In this document: piece after piece, positions 27,792-45,559 of the stretch
How positions within the stretch are numbered: position 1 is the first letter of the stretch
Layout: every line of letters begins with the position of its first letter
Assembly (NCBI GenBank): GCA_951406725.2
Contig: OX597819.1
Location: forward strand, 130,014,001-130,078,000
Source: Octopus vulgaris
Lineage: Eukaryota
Length of the DNA stretch: 64,000 bases
Direction of reading: 5' to 3'
The notes under the pieces: model-generated
Seen by the model: the letters and a program-made list of their open reading frames with translations, nothing else
Database searches by the model: none
What the model was told of the DNA's origin: nothing
Made by a program: the position numbers and the translations under genes

Positions 27792-28407
27792 TATGTATGT
27801 ATGTATGTATGTATGTATGTATGTATGTATGTATGTATGTATGTATGTATGTATGTATGTATGTAGCATGTAACATGCAATCCTGTTTCAATCCTATACA
27901 TTACACTGCATTACTGTTGACGAAGTCTTCCTCTTTGACTGTTGTCGCTCCTCTGACTCCAACCCACACTCACCCTCACTTTAATTCATCTACTTGAATT
28001 CAACCAATTCACTCATCCTCTCTTTGCGCTTTGATAACCACCTATTTCTACCCTACCTCCTTACAATAACAGTGAATAAATCCACAAAGTTTAATATTAA
28101 ATGCCGATTCAGGTTGAAATTGGTTTTAGCTTAGGTTTTAAAAAGCTTAAAGCACTTCTATTTTTCATATTCACAGGTGAATGGTTTCAATTTTGAAAGC
28201 CAGTAAAATTTGCACGTGATGTAGGTGTCTCCCTACATTCGATATATACATGGCTTCATGATATATGATCTTTATCAGTGCAGATGTCCAGTATTTCCCC
28301 TTAATTCAACGCATTAAATTAATATTTTCGAAGGATACAAATAAGATTTGTGCAGAATAACTAACACACTTCTACCCAAATAGCATAGAAGCGATTAATA
28401 CCCGATA

Positions 28408-28802
28408 TCTTTATATATAAAAGAGAGGTTGTGTGCTGTCTGTCTCCTACGATTTAGATTCCTAACTACTCCCACATTTTGCGGTGCAGTTTAACCAAAA
28501 CCGGGTATCTTATAGTCGTGATTCATATCAAGCCCTTCTGGGTATTAGCGCGCGTCTACGATGAGTCTACGATTAAAAAAAAAATTACCATCAATTTTTC
28601 CCATTTTAATGCATTTTTGGCATATATAAGGGAAGTAACTCTCTAAAAATTTATTATTAAATCTCAGAACATAAAAAGCTACAGTAACACCCCCCCCTTT
28701 GTGGTTAGCCATATTGAGATGGCTATTATACTTTACATCTCTAAAAATGCTTATATAGTTATTTCCCTTACAAACCCGAGCAACGCCGGGCGATACTGCT
28801 AG
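28408..28802 (+). mobile_element. Non-autonomous Helitron
   Basis: A|TC...CTAG|T ends with no TSD. Subterminal hairpin cccgagcaacgccggg about 12 nt before the end. Confidence 0.85.
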
Positions 28803-28919
28803 TCTTGTATAAATTTAGTTCTTGGAGCTTTGAACATGGACGAACTGAAGCCAGCTCGTAACAGAACTGCTTAACTAAATGTAAGCATGTAAAAATATTT
28901 AACGCAAAATGTATATGCT

Positions 28920-29112
28920 CTTTTACTTTTTCAGTCATTTGACTGCAGCCATGCTGGAGCACCACCTTTAGTCGAGCAAATCGACCCCAGGACTTATTCT
29001 CTGTAAGCCTAGTGCTTAGTCTATCGGTGTCTTTTACCGAACCGTTAAGTTATGGGGACGTAAACGCACCAGCATCGGTTGTCAAGCGATGTGGGAGGGA
29101 CAAACAGACACA

Positions 29113-29156
<44 letters not shown>

Positions 29157-29343
29157 CATATATATATATACATATATACGACGAGCTTCTTTCAGTTTCC
29201 GTCTACCAAATCCACTCACAAGGCTTTGGTCGGCCCGAGGTTATAGCAGAAGACACTTGCCCAAGGTGCCACGCAGTGGAACTGAACCCGGAACCATGTG
29301 GCTAGAAAGCAAGCTACTTACCACACACCCACTCCTGCGCCTA
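28920..29343 (-). mobile_element. SINE family B copy, followed by a decayed copy to about 29645
   Basis: Match as above. Confidence 0.85.
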
Positions 29344-29734
29344 TAGATATATTTTGTCTTCTGTCGTTTACTTATTCTATCGATCTCTTTTGCCCAATAG
29401 GCGAACGTAAACAAACGAACACCTGTTGTCAACCGATGTTGCTAGGGACTCATACACAAATGCGCCAGCATACGCACACGCGCGCGCGCGCGTGCGTTGC
29501 TGGTGTCCACACAGTTTCTGCCAGCAAAATTCACTGATGCTTAAAAGCATTAGGTATCACATGCCCAAGATGCCGTTCAGGGGTATTGAACTGAAAACCA
29601 CGTAGTTGTAAGGCGAGTTTCTGAACCACACAACCATGCCTGTACACGCACACACGCAGTCACACACTTACACACGCACGCACGCACGCACACTGACACT
29701 CACAAGCACACACATGTATATATGCATACATATA

Positions 29735-29960
29735 TCTATTATATAAAATCTGTTCTGTCTGCCTGTGTGTGTGTGTCTTCTAGGATCTCGGGCATCCTCC
29801 GTCCGATTGCGCCCAAATTTGATATGTAGATACCGACAGTATCAGGGTGTGTATATTTATTGGAAAAATTACAAAAATCGATTCCAGGTGAGAATGCGAT
29901 CGATAAAGCCATGGAAACGTTCATTTGTACGTGCAAGTACATCAGCTGTTGCGATCGATG
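29735..29960 (+). mobile_element. Helitron-like 5' fragment
   Basis: A|TCtattatataaaa followed by a short (TG/TCTG) tract and ccgatt...aaatttga, as in the other two Helitrons. No 3' CTAG seen. Confidence 0.45.
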
Positions 29961-30500
29961 CTACGCGTGCGCGAGAAAAATACACGTGCAGTTTGCACAA
30001 AAACACCCCGGCCTGTTTGGTGTCTCAAATTTAGGTTAAATCAGTGTTTCTCAAAGGGGTGGGGGTGGGGCTATGGGACGGTCGGCCAAGTTGTTTTAAG
30101 AAAATTTGGTTTAAATGTTTGACAACTCAGCACCGTCCATTGGACGAGGGGGGGGCTTTTGCTCGTACATACACACACATATATATATATATATATATAT
30201 GCATATAAATAATTAGAAAATAAACAAAATTAAATAAAATTAAATAATGTGTGTGTGTGTGTGTGATAGAAGATATATTAAATGGACGTCTGAAGTTTGT
30301 TTGCTATGTTGAGCAGGTGGAGCATGATGCTGGGGGTTCCTTCATTGCTTTTGTTGTTTCTGCTGGTTATTGTTGTTGGGTGATGATGATGATTACGATG
30401 ACGAGGAGGAGGAGGAGGAGAAGAAAACGGAGAGACAGGAAGATGACGACGATAATACAAAACCTGCTGTTGCTGCTGCCGATGATGACGACGATGATGG

Positions 30501-30548
<48 letters not shown>

Positions 30549-30815
30549 CGATGATGAGGAAGAGGCAAAGGAGGGTGGGTGACAATGTTGATAACGAAAA
30601 CAACAACGGGAAGAGGATGAGAATGTGGGCGACAATAACGATAACGATGATGAGGATGAGGAAGAGGAAGGCGAGGAGGAGGTGGAGGAGGAGGAGGAGG
30701 AGATAAGTGTTTTTTTTTGTCTTTTTTATGCAATGGTTATATCTTTATTCATGATTATAATACATATATATACATACATATATATATATATATATAAATA
30801 TATATATATGTATAT

Positions 30816-30951
<136 letters not shown>

Positions 30952-31352
30952 TATATATATATATGTGTGTGTGTATATATATTTAGGTGATTTCACCGCC
31001 GCTGTCACGCCATATCGCACTATCCTTTCATTATTTCAACTAAACAACAAAAAAGAAAAACAATAACTAAAAACACCACTGACGCACCCCTCCTCCCTAT
31101 CTTCCTCCTCTACCTCCTCCACTTCTTCTTCCTCTTCCTTTTCTTCTTCTTCCTCTTCTTCTACTATTTCTCCTTCCACACACCCCTTCCTCCCTTTTTC
31201 CTGTATTACAGCTCTTAAGTGATACTAATTACCAGAAAATTAAGTAAGAAATTCAAACAGGCTCCTGGAGACTTATTAAAATATCGACAACATAATTAAG
31301 ATTGGAAAGAGAGAAAAATGAACAAAACAACAACAACAACAACAACAACAAC

Positions 31353-31418
<66 letters not shown>

Positions 31419-31664
31419 CTATAGCAAACAACGAATTAATATAATAGCGTAAGAAACAATAAAATAAGTAGAAATTATGGAGAAGGAGAAGAAATAAAGA
31501 AAAGAGAACTTTGCCACTAATGGCGGATTGATACATTGTCTTATTAGCTTGGACAGTTCAAATGTCTGGTTTTTAGTCAGTGCGTGTGTGTGTGTGAAGT
31601 TAAATGTGTGTAGATGTATATATAGTTATGTATTTATATATATATATATATATGTCTGTATATG

Positions 31665-31722
<58 letters not shown>

Positions 31723-31853
31723 TGCATACAGATACATATATACATATAAATATATATACACACACACACATATATATATATATTTATATATATATACATA
31801 TATATTACATATATATGTGTGTATGGTTATGTATATATATACACACACAAACG

Positions 31854-31884
<31 letters not shown>

Positions 31885-32183
31885 ATATATATATATATAT
31901 GTATATGTATATGTATGTTCGTATGTTTATATATGAATGAAGATGTTCGTGTACGCGAACACATACACACGCACGTACACGCGCGCGTGCGCGCGTAAAA
32001 TTGTGTTTTTAATGAATAGTGACGGCTATAGGATGGATGTTTCCTCAATTGTTAGAAGGGAAGTAATTAGTATCAAAAACAAACCAAAATGAGAGATTTA
32101 ATCGTCATAACGAAGCGTGCCGACACTCAGTCGTTTCGATAACATTGCGTATATATATATGTATATATATATATATATATATA

Positions 32184-32600
32184 GACACTCAAAATAAGCA
32201 ATAAGGATATCCAAGGTAGTGTAGAAGGTCCTTCTCCATCTGTAGATTTTTTATCACTCTACTACCATGTTCTTAATGATAAAATTAACCTCTCTGTCTA
32301 TATATCTACCCTCTTTGTAATGTTGGCAAATGAAATAAGTATAAAAATGTACGTTGTCCATTTAATTAAAAATATTCTATATATGGGTGAAGATTGCCCG
32401 ACATTTTAAAACTGATGTAATACTTACATTGTTTAATAAAAGGAAGTAGCATGAAACGATTGTACTATTCTACCTTGGATATCCTTGTTGCTTATTTTGA
32501 TTATAATCACCCCATTTGATTTATATGGATAACACCATACTAATTTCTGGTGCCTTTAACTTGAGTACCTTATTCATCTGAATCTAAATTTTGCTGAACT
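32184..32600 (+). mobile_element. (TA)n-inserted mini-element with partial inverted repeat (Penelope-like)
   Basis: 31-bp inverted repeat with 1 mismatch (32189-32219 vs 32470-32500), TA repeats on both sides, and a decayed gtgaaga...gcat-GAAA-cgattg-TA motif. Confidence 0.45.
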
Positions 32601-34844
32601 TATATATATATATATACAGATACATACTCGGCGAGTAGTTAGGAGTTCGATCCTTCTTGTCACCTCTATGTTGTTATGTCACCTTGCCTGATTTTTAAAT
32701 ATTTTACTGTTGCTGTAGCTGCAAACGTATACGTGTCAGCGTTTTAGTCCCAGACGTTACGATAAATAGCATTCCATGCATAAAACCAATCCATCTAATT
32801 GGAGATGCATTGAGTTTTAGAGGCAAGGAAACATATTACCTTTTGCACCTGCCTGCAGGTAAGTGAACTGAGAGATTCATAAAGAGAAAGTGAAAAGCGA
32901 AAGTGTAGTTAGACTTGATAAAAATTTCAGTAATTTTTCCTAAAAAGACGGATAACAGGGATGAGGAAGCTTTGGGTACAATAAAAGGACGTCTGTATTG
33001 TTGGTGTCCCAGTAAAACAAAGCAGTCCCTAAATATACAGGGGAACCACTTCGCAAGGTGTTCGTTCTACTGTATATAGTAACCAAATATGTTTTAAATA
33101 ACACTTTACCACCATGACGTCTTGGGAAACAAACTGAGAATATTGGCTAATGTGGCCATAAACGTGTTTTCTAGCCTTTCCTAATGAGGGTTCCGTAAAT
33201 TCCTGCTGCACAACCTGGTCAGATAATTTGTTTATAGTAATTAAGTGTCTGTTTTATACATTATCTCACTTCCTCCATCAAACCGACACTGTCTGCACAG
33301 GTGCCACTATGTACCACATCTCAGGTATCAAATGATCGTGAAATGAAGTGTTCTGCTCAAGGACATAACACAGCGCGGTCCAGGAATCGGAGCCAAGTTC
33401 TTGCGTTGTTGATTGCAACACTAACGACTAGGCCACGCACTTCTTAGATATACTCTGTCTCGAAGTAAAAGATGAGAGAGTCATGGCTGGAATGCTTTTC
33501 CTTAGGCTCGATCAGGCTGAACTATGGATAAACATCAGCAACAACAATAAGAACAATAGTTTGCAAGGGGATGGTGGTAGGTCTTACTTAACATTACCAT
33601 CCGCCTCTTCATGTGCTTTTAGCGATTCCCACTCTGATGGAAATATTTAAACGCAAAATTCGGTTAAAGGGTAATTCAATTCCTTGATAAGCATTTTTTG
33701 GCCCCTACTGCGCTTTGCATTTGTCTACTCAATCACGGCGGGCATCGGACGAAACAAAATGAGCTCTGTCCCTATGTAACACTCCAAAATACTATCCTAT
33801 TTGACTGCCTGTTCAGAAACGCGGGTCGCTGGTTTCAACATAAGCTGCAACCAAGCAATGAAACAATGGTTAGCGGCAATACATTAGTCATGGCGATTCC
33901 AACAACCTCGAAGCTCCTGGAAATGTCAGAGCCGCTGTCCTTCACCGCTCTGACTTAAACCACACATAATGATAATGATGATGATGACGACGACGACGAC
34001 GATGATGGTGAAGATGCTGCTGCTGCTGTTGCTGTTGCTGTCGAGCGAACGGTCTTCGTCCCAGAGCTCACAAGATGGGAGAAGTCCGAAACGTGGTCCT
34101 TTGCTATTCGTAAGACCCGCAGAAGAGAAAGCAGGTCAACCCCTGACACCGAGAGCATCGACGGATGGACGAATGCGCATCCAGGCTCAGCGGTTGCGTA
34201 GGAAGTCGGGGACAAGAAACAGGAAGAAAGAGTGAGAGAAAGTTGGAGCGAAAGAGAACAACAGGGGTCGCCAGCCCTACCCCCCTGCCGGAGCAGTGTA
34301 TTTTGCCGAACTTAGCGGTTCGGCAAAATAGACCGATAGGATAAGTACAAGGCTTATAAAATGTAATAAGTACTGGAGCGGTTACATTCGTCGAATGGTT
34401 CTTCAAGGTGGTGCCACAGCATTTGCTGTAGTCTCATTACTGAAACAAGGGAGAGATAGAAGACAAACTAGTCTCTGTCGATTACGCTTGGGATTACGCT
34501 GACCCTGAAGAGAGCCAGTTTCTTCTAGAAAGGAAGAAAGTGAGAGGGTAAATGAGAGAGAGAGAAGGGAAAGAGGGAGAGACAATTAAAATGGAAGAGA
34601 AGCAACGTTACTACTAAGAGACCAACCACGAATGGGTAAAGGCCAAAGTTGACCTCGGCGAGATTTGAACAGAGAGCGGAGAAACGGAACGGATTCCGTA
34701 AGACACCCTGGCCACAGTTCTTACCCAACTGAATGAAGCTCATAGAGGGGTACATGGCACTCGCCAAAATTAGCAAACAGGGAAGAGAACCAGAAAGACA
34801 GATATCTAAAAACATTCGAATATATATTCTTTTCTTTCTTTTTT

Positions 34845-35222
34845 CTTTTACTTGTTTTTGTTTCAGTCATTTGACTGCGGCAATGCTGGAGCACCGCCTT
34901 TAGTCCTACAACTAGTACTTATTCTATCGGTCTCTTTTGCCGAACCGCTAAGTAACGGAGACATAAACACACCAGCATCGGTTGTCAAGCGATGCAAGGG
35001 GGACAAACACAGACACACAAACACACACGCACACATATATGCATATATATATATACAGGCTTCTTTCGACAGGCTTTCAGTTTCCGTCTACCAAATCCAC
35101 TCACAAGGCTTTGGTCGGCCTGAGGCTATAGTAGAAGACACTTGCCCAAGGTGCCACGCAGTGGGACTGAACCCGGAACCATGTGGTTGGTTAGCAAACT
35201 ACTTACCACACAGCCACTCCTA
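34845..35222 (-). mobile_element. SINE family B copy
   Basis: Match as above. Other partial copies lie at 6975-7150, 25885-26075, 34300-34455 and 40845-41030. Confidence 0.85.
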
Positions 35223-35496
35223 TATATAAAAAAAAGAAAGTTAAACGGAAACGAAAAAGAAAGGAAAGAACCAAAGGCCATTGAAACGCGAATGGTTATA
35301 TTGTATTTATTAATAATTTTGAATTATTTTAATATTATGGGGGGGGGAGTGAAGCGATGATCGAATTGTTTGTTGTGTGAAGATGAATTTGACTGGGTTT
35401 GATCTTGTAATCCATCATTTTGATAGTTACAAATCTGCTGTTGATAACCACTGAAACTAAGGTTTGTCTGTCACGCATATATATATATATATATGT

Positions 35497-35532
<36 letters not shown>

Positions 35533-35677
35533 TGTGTGTGTGTGTGTGTATGTGTGTGTGTGATATGTCTATATATGTTGATAAATGACTCCGTTGAGAA
35601 AGATATTGTTTTGGAGTTGTACGTGGGGGAGTTTCCGTAGGTTGTCGTTGCTTACTTATACATATACTCCCATAAAT

Positions 35678-35708
<31 letters not shown>

Positions 35709-35772
35709 TATACGTGTGTGTGTTTTATATATAATTTATAAATATATGTACTTATGTATGTACACATATATA

Positions 35773-35804
<32 letters not shown>

Positions 35805-35830
35805 CATATATATTTATATATATGTACATA

Positions 35831-35878
<48 letters not shown>

Positions 35879-36045
35879 AATACACATACTAATGTAAATT
35901 TATGCATGTAAAAATATTCAGTATATGTGCGCGCATCTCTCTGTGTATACAACTATTCACAGACTCACACACACACACACACACCTACATACACACACAT
36001 ACATATATATAAGTATATATTTTCGTTTTACTATATAATATATAT

Positions 36046-36077
<32 letters not shown>

Positions 36078-36090
36078 GTGTGTATGTATG

Positions 36091-36121
<31 letters not shown>

Positions 36122-36667
36122 CTCAATCTTTCCAGAGCATTTTAAAGCTGAAATATATTGAATCTTATACCCTTCCTTCACGTATACGGAGGCGCATGGC
36201 TTAATGGTAAGTCTGCCGAAGACCATGGTCGTAAGACTGTGGTTTCGCTTCCTGGATTGGGCGGCGTGTTGCATTCTTGAGCAAAACATTCAATTTTACG
36301 TTTTTCCAGTCCCCTCAGCAGATAGAAATGTGTATTCCGGCGACGGACCAGTGTCTCGTCCTGATGCGGAATATATACGCCACAGAAACCATCCCTATGC
36401 GTCTATATAACTCGGGAAGCGGCCTTATGCCTGATATCATAAATTCACGCATGCTTACTGTACATAACTAGATACACGCATAAATATTTACAGGCACAGA
36501 TTTTTAAACATAAATATTTTATCTAGATAAACACAAACACATATGCATACATACATATATACGCACATGTATGCAGGCATGAATGTGTGTGTGTGTAAAT
36601 TTATGTATATATAGTCGCAGGATCATCAGTTATAGTATCTTTCTGCAGGCAATATATACACTTACAA

Positions 36668-37730
36668 CAGCGGCGAGCTGGCAGAAATGTTAGCACGCCG
36701 GGCGAAATGTTTAGCGGTATTTCGTCTGCCGCTACGTTCTGAGTTCAAATTCCGCCGAGGTCGACTTTGCCTTTTATCCTTTCGGGGTCGATTAAATAAG
36801 TACCAGTTACGCGCTGGAGTCGATGTAATCGACTTAATCCCTTTGTCTGTCCTTGTTTGTCCTCTCTGTTTTTAGCTCCTTGTGGGTAGTAAAGAAATAG
36901 GTATTTCGTCTGCCTCTACGTTCTGAGTTCAAATTCCACCGAGGTCGAATTTGCCTTTCATCCCTTCGGGGTCGATAAATTAAGTACCAGTTACGCACTG
37001 GGGTCGATGTAATCGACTTAATCCCTTTGTCTGTCCTTATTTGTCCCTTCTGTGTTTAGCTCCTTGTGGACAATAAAGAAAAAAGTAACGTTAGCACACC
37101 GGGTAAAATGCTTAGCAGTATTTCGTTTGTCTACGTTCTGTGTTCAAATTCTGCCGAAGTCGACTTTGCCAATCATTCTTTCGGGGTCGATAAATAAAGT
37201 ACCAGTTGCGTACTGGAGTCAATCTAACCGACTGCCCCCTTCCTCCAAAATTTCGGGCCTTGTGCCTAGAGTAGAAAGAATATATACACTTACGATATAG
37301 ACTTGCAAAAGCGGCGAACTGGCAGAATCGTTAGCACGTGGGGCAGAATGCTCAGTAGTATTTCGTCCGCCTTTACGTTCTGGGTTCAAACTCCGCCGAG
37401 GACCATTTTGCTCTTCATCTTTTCGGGCTCGATGAAATAAGTACCTGTTGGACACTGGGGTTGATATCGTCAACTCACCCTCCTTCGAAATCAATATTTC
37501 GCCTTACAAATGCGGTGAGATGTCAGAACCGTTAACAGGTCGGGCAAAATGCTTAGAAGCATTTCATCGATTTTTACATTCTGGGTTTAAATGCCGCCGG
37601 GGCAAATTATGCATTTCATCATTTTGGGTTTAATAGAATAAGTACCAGTTGAAAACTGAAGTTGATGTAATCGAATGAGCCCCACCCCCGAAATTGCTGG
37701 CACTGTGGCAAAATTTGAAATCAATATATA
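36668..37730 (+). mobile_element. Head-to-tail array of about five SINE A units
   Basis: Units start near 36668, 36899, 37085, 37310 and 37510. The first two have Tx1-like tails and the others the alternative tail. Further copies lie at 1-85, 1720-1870, 22740-23090, 24512-24695, 59815-60180 and 60782-60990. Confidence 0.85.
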
Positions 37731-38055
37731 AACTAACATATTTACATGTACACCGGGTAGGTTATCTACACGCCATACTATATGTTGATACACGGGTGTT
37801 TATTAAAGCTCTGTGCTTTCATAGACATAGAAACGTATATGCAAATGAGGTTTGTAAGCCGATATAACAACCCGTAAACACATACACACGCGCACACACA
37901 CATACACACATACAGGCACAACCACATACACACATACAATTATAAATTACAAAATGATTATGACGGTAAATAGATCTTTAAAGGGAAGAAATGGCTATTT
38001 ATGTATATGTTTGGGTCTGTCTGATACACACACACATATATATATATCCCTACAT

Positions 38056-38124
<69 letters not shown>

Positions 38125-38369
38125 TGTGTGTGTGTGTGTGTGTGTCTGTATGTGTATTTTTGTGTGTGTGTTTGTCTATATATATATATACACTTACATA
38201 TGTATATATGTGCACGTGTTTCTGTGTGTGTGTATGTGTGCGCATGCGTGCAATATATCACATAATTAAATTTATGGCAAGTAAATCGTGAGTTGAAACG
38301 CCGCATGTGTATTTACAATTAAAAATTATATACAATATATGTATGTGTGCTCCCGCACACATACATACA

Positions 38370-38402
<33 letters not shown>

Positions 38403-39002
38403 TATATGCAGTACGTGTTTGTGTCCCTATACATGCATTTATTCACACACGCACATTATATATATGCATGTATATATCTATATCTTTTTATCTATCAATA
38501 TGCATGTATATATGGGTGTATATATATATAAACACGTGTGTGTGTGTAAGTGTCTCTATATATGTGTTAAGCTTATATATAAGATTTTATATACATATGT
38601 ATGTACACACTTGTTTGAAAATACGTCTATATATAGATATACTGACATATACAAACATTCACATACACACACACATACATACACGCACATTCCTAGAAGC
38701 GCTAAATTCTGAGAGTTTAAATAGATATGATAGGTAAACTTACGAATTGGTGTCCACAGTAAAAAAATTCTTTTTTTAGCCATATTAAAAGTAGGAACTG
38801 TAGAGAAACCTCGTATCTTTGCTCTTTGTGACCAGCGAAAGAAGCCTAACATCACGGTTCGTCAGTCATCGGTTGTTTGGTTTCGTGTGTAATTAGTGAG
38901 AGCAATTTATAGTCATTATACTCAACATTGGATGCGACTAAATTGGTCTGCCCTAATTTGCATATTCTAAATTGATCCAGGAAAGCTTACATGTATACAT
39001 AC

Positions 39003-39568
<566 letters not shown>

Positions 39569-40056
39569 TATACATACATACATACATACATACATACATA
39601 CATGCATAGATGCATATTTAGATACATAAATGCATACATACATGTTACTTTCACATATATACATACATATACACATATACAAGTAACACGGTGATGGTTT
39701 AATTTAGTGGTTCGCGCCATTCAATTGCAGCTATCCATCCAAGGGATGGATTTTCATGCCTCTTACAACCTGTAACTTATTTTAATGTGATACAAATTAT
39801 CTTCGATTTACATTTGTCGATACAAGATAAACGAAGTTAAGCATACAAATGCATACACAATTTCCTACATACATGTACATACACATGTACATATATACAT
39901 ACATACGTGTATATATATATATATATACAAATATATGTATACATATCTAAATTTATAAAGAGGGTGAGAAATTCGATATTAATTTAATTAACGTAGATTT
40001 CACACCAGTGGTCTAGTATATAAAAAGAACTTACTTAGATAATACAATTTTACTGA

Positions 40057-40100
<44 letters not shown>

Positions 40101-40102
40101 TA

Positions 40103-40161
<59 letters not shown>

Positions 40162-40170
40162 GTATGTATG

Positions 40171-40202
<32 letters not shown>

Positions 40203-40355
40203 TGTATGTATGTATGTATGTATGTATGTATGTATACACACATGCACACATCATATATACAGACATAGCATTAATTACATTTCCGAAATGTAGAATTCTA
40301 TTGTTTTGCTTCCGAGACAATATCATCACATGTTTATAAGTCGACATTCATGTAT

Positions 40356-40405
<50 letters not shown>

Positions 40406-40666
40406 GTGTGTTAGAGACGTGGGGCGTATAATTATTCCTAGAAGCTCTAGCGTTACACACGCGCATACGCACGCGCATACGCACGCGCATACGCACGCAA
40501 ACGTACACAGACACAGACACACACACACACTCACGCACACACACACACAAAATTATATCTTCTCTAGAATTATTCAATTGACAACTTTACTAAGTTAATT
40601 TTCTTGCTACAGCTAGCTTTCCTCCTCAAAATACAAAACTGAAACCACATTATACATACATACATA

Positions 40667-40723
<57 letters not shown>

Positions 40724-40766
40724 GTATATCTATCGCTCTCTTTCTCTCTCTTTATATATATGTATG

Positions 40767-40835
<69 letters not shown>

Positions 40836-41024
40836 TCTTTTATTTTCCACTTGTTTCAGTCATTTGACTGCGGCCGTGCTGGAGCACTCCCTTAAACGAC
40901 TTTATATAAAGAAATCGACTCCAGAACTTATTGTTTGTATTCTATCGGTCTCTTGTGCCAAACCGCTAAGTTACGGGGATGTAAACACATCAGCATCGGT
41001 TGTCAAGCGATGGTAGGGTGACAA

Positions 41025-41075
<51 letters not shown>

Positions 41076-41138
41076 CACGCATACTCCCCGCCACACACAT
41101 ATATACATACATATATACACACACATACACACACACAC

Positions 41139-41197
<59 letters not shown>

Positions 41198-42178
41198 GAC
41201 AGATGTAGTATAAGGCAATCTTTATCTCCACCTTAACACGGATGCTGTGTTAGAATACAGATTAATGCGTTATTTCAGTATGTATGTATGTATGTATGTA
41301 TGTATGTATGTATGTATGTATGTATGTATGTATGTGTGTGTGTATGTATGTTTGTATGTATGTATGTCTGCCTGTCTGTCTGTATGTCTGTCAGTCTGTC
41401 TGTATGTATGTATGTATGTATGTTTGTACGTATGTATGTCTGTATGTAAGTATGTATGTATATCGTATCGCTGTATACATGCATCGATGTCAATGAGAGA
41501 GTCTCCAAGTGGTATACGATATGCTAGAAATCGAAGGCAAAATTCCGTTAGATCAGGTCATACCTTCTTTAAATTTGATCAAATAATTTTTTTTTTATTC
41601 ATAACAGTCTATATCGTGTAAATGTGTTGAAAGACGGAATTATAAGGAATGGTTAGTGTTTTGCTTTTTCTGTTTTGTTTTGGTAGGGTATCTGATTCAA
41701 AACATTTGTATCAACATAAGTGCTCCTTGTTTAAATACAGACATATTTGCATATAGATACATGAACACCACACACATACATACACACATAAACATACTCA
41801 CCTATACATATGTCTGTGTCAACATAACTACACACGCACATACAAATATGCATACATATATATATATACATACATATCTGTGTTAAGTGAACTGTGTATG
41901 TTTCCTACCTTTGCGATGATGCTTAGTCGTATGGAAAACAGCAATGTATGTATATTCGTGTGTTCACGCACACAGACACTATACGCTCACACCGATGCAC
42001 ACACGCATACACATCCACACACAAACACACGCACACACACATACACATATGTATAAATGTTTAAATGTGTTTAAATGTGGTGTGATGTAAACAGCTATCG
42101 AATTTAATAAATTTATACACAGCGTCGCCGTTACATTGAATACTCATTATACATACATTTATACATATGTATATATAT

Positions 42179-42221
<43 letters not shown>

Positions 42222-42228
42222 CATATAT

Positions 42229-42293
<65 letters not shown>

Positions 42294-42392
42294 CGTGTGT
42301 GTAGCTGTATATATATACACACACACTTACCCACACCAACATGTTTTCATAGATCATTGTATGTATGTATACATACATAAATAATATATACA

Positions 42393-42426
<34 letters not shown>

Positions 42427-42802
42427 ATGTGTGTATGTATACATGAGTGTTTGTGCTTATATGTGTAGAAACTGGGGATGGTGCAGCGGGGTGGGGTGTG
42501 GGGGGCGAGTCTTGTTTGTCAACGATTGTTTAACGTATTACTTCTCCTCTGACGACTGCTCGTTGCCATGGTGATAACAATAAACATCTAAACAATACGA
42601 TGCTGGTAATTTCACAAATGGGAAATTTATTTAATTTCAACAAACTGAAATGAAACGATCACCATTCATTCGTCCCTTCAACTATTTTAAACATTTCAAA
42701 TGAAGGATGATAGAAACGGAAAAAAGAAAGAAAACAAGAAAACAAAAAAAAGGTGAGATTTGTAAACCTACCCACCAAAGAGAAATAAGTAAATAATAAC
42801 AA

Positions 42803-44298
<1,496 letters not shown>

Positions 44299-44443
44299 AT
44301 TGTGTGTGTATAACGAGAATGAGAGAGAAAGAGAGAGAGAGAGTGAAAGAGAGAGAAAGAGAGAGAAGAAAGAGAAAGAGAGAGATAAAAATATAATTGC
44401 GACGGTATGTGTATATCTATTTCTCTCTCTCTCTCTCTCTATA

Positions 44444-44493
<50 letters not shown>

Positions 44494-44627
44494 CCATATA
44501 CACTCAGTAGTTACACACACGCACGTAGGGTATATACATGTGCATATATGTATATATGTATGTACGTTGTATACATATGTGTGTGAGTGTGTGTGTGTAT
44601 GTATGTATATATATATATATGTATGTA

Positions 44628-44716
<89 letters not shown>

Positions 44717-45559
44717 AGATATTTGTAATGTATATCAACACTTGGAAAGAAGCATATATATATGTACACATGCGTAGATATAAAATTAGACATATTATCT
44801 GTATAAGAGCAGACATCTTAGGAATATGAATAAGAAAAGGTATCCCTTAAGCTACAACCTAGAATTCAGTTTATCAGTAAGAACTAACAGAGCAGGTAAT
44901 TCCACGCATTCATTTGACAGCACCGATGAAGATGCTCGAAAACTCTGTCGAAATTTCTATGGCTGTTATGTGAGGCACCTCCTCATGAACTCAATATTAC
45001 CTGGTCAGTTATAAGTAAGGCATAAATCTACAGGGACGATTCATTCAAATAAAAAATGTGCTGTACATCTTATAATGAAACATTAAGAATTTATCACAAG
45101 GAAGTAACGGAAGAACAGAAACTTTAGCATCTTATATACTATATACATGATACTAAGTATCAGAGAAAACTTTGGTTTCGAAGTCATTTCAAAAAATTAC
45201 TTTAACAACACCGCATTTTCACAAGAGAATGACCGTTCGTTGAGTGACTTCTCTTTGATAAAGTTTAAAAGCCGAATGCAACGATAATTTTCAAAAGACG
45301 ACGTTTGCAGTAGTCTTACGAGAGGCAGAAATTAAATCCTAAATGGGAACCTGAATCAGCCATTTTTATACGTATTACTCGCACGATTTAAATAAACAAC
45401 AAAAAGATAAATGGTTTCTCAAAGCTTTCGTAAACTGTTTCAAAATATATTCAAGCATCAAATATCTTAAGAGAAAACAGGCTCGGATTATCAGCTGATT
45501 GAGCGAAAGCGTGAAACTCAGAGTAATCCCAATTTAGAACCTTTCAAGTGCAAGACTAT

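Noticed and set aside
32840-32864. cctgcag-gtaagt, resembling a recursive splice site
   Set aside because: It is on the plus strand, antisense to Vsx. No convincing minus-strand equivalent was seen in the large intron.
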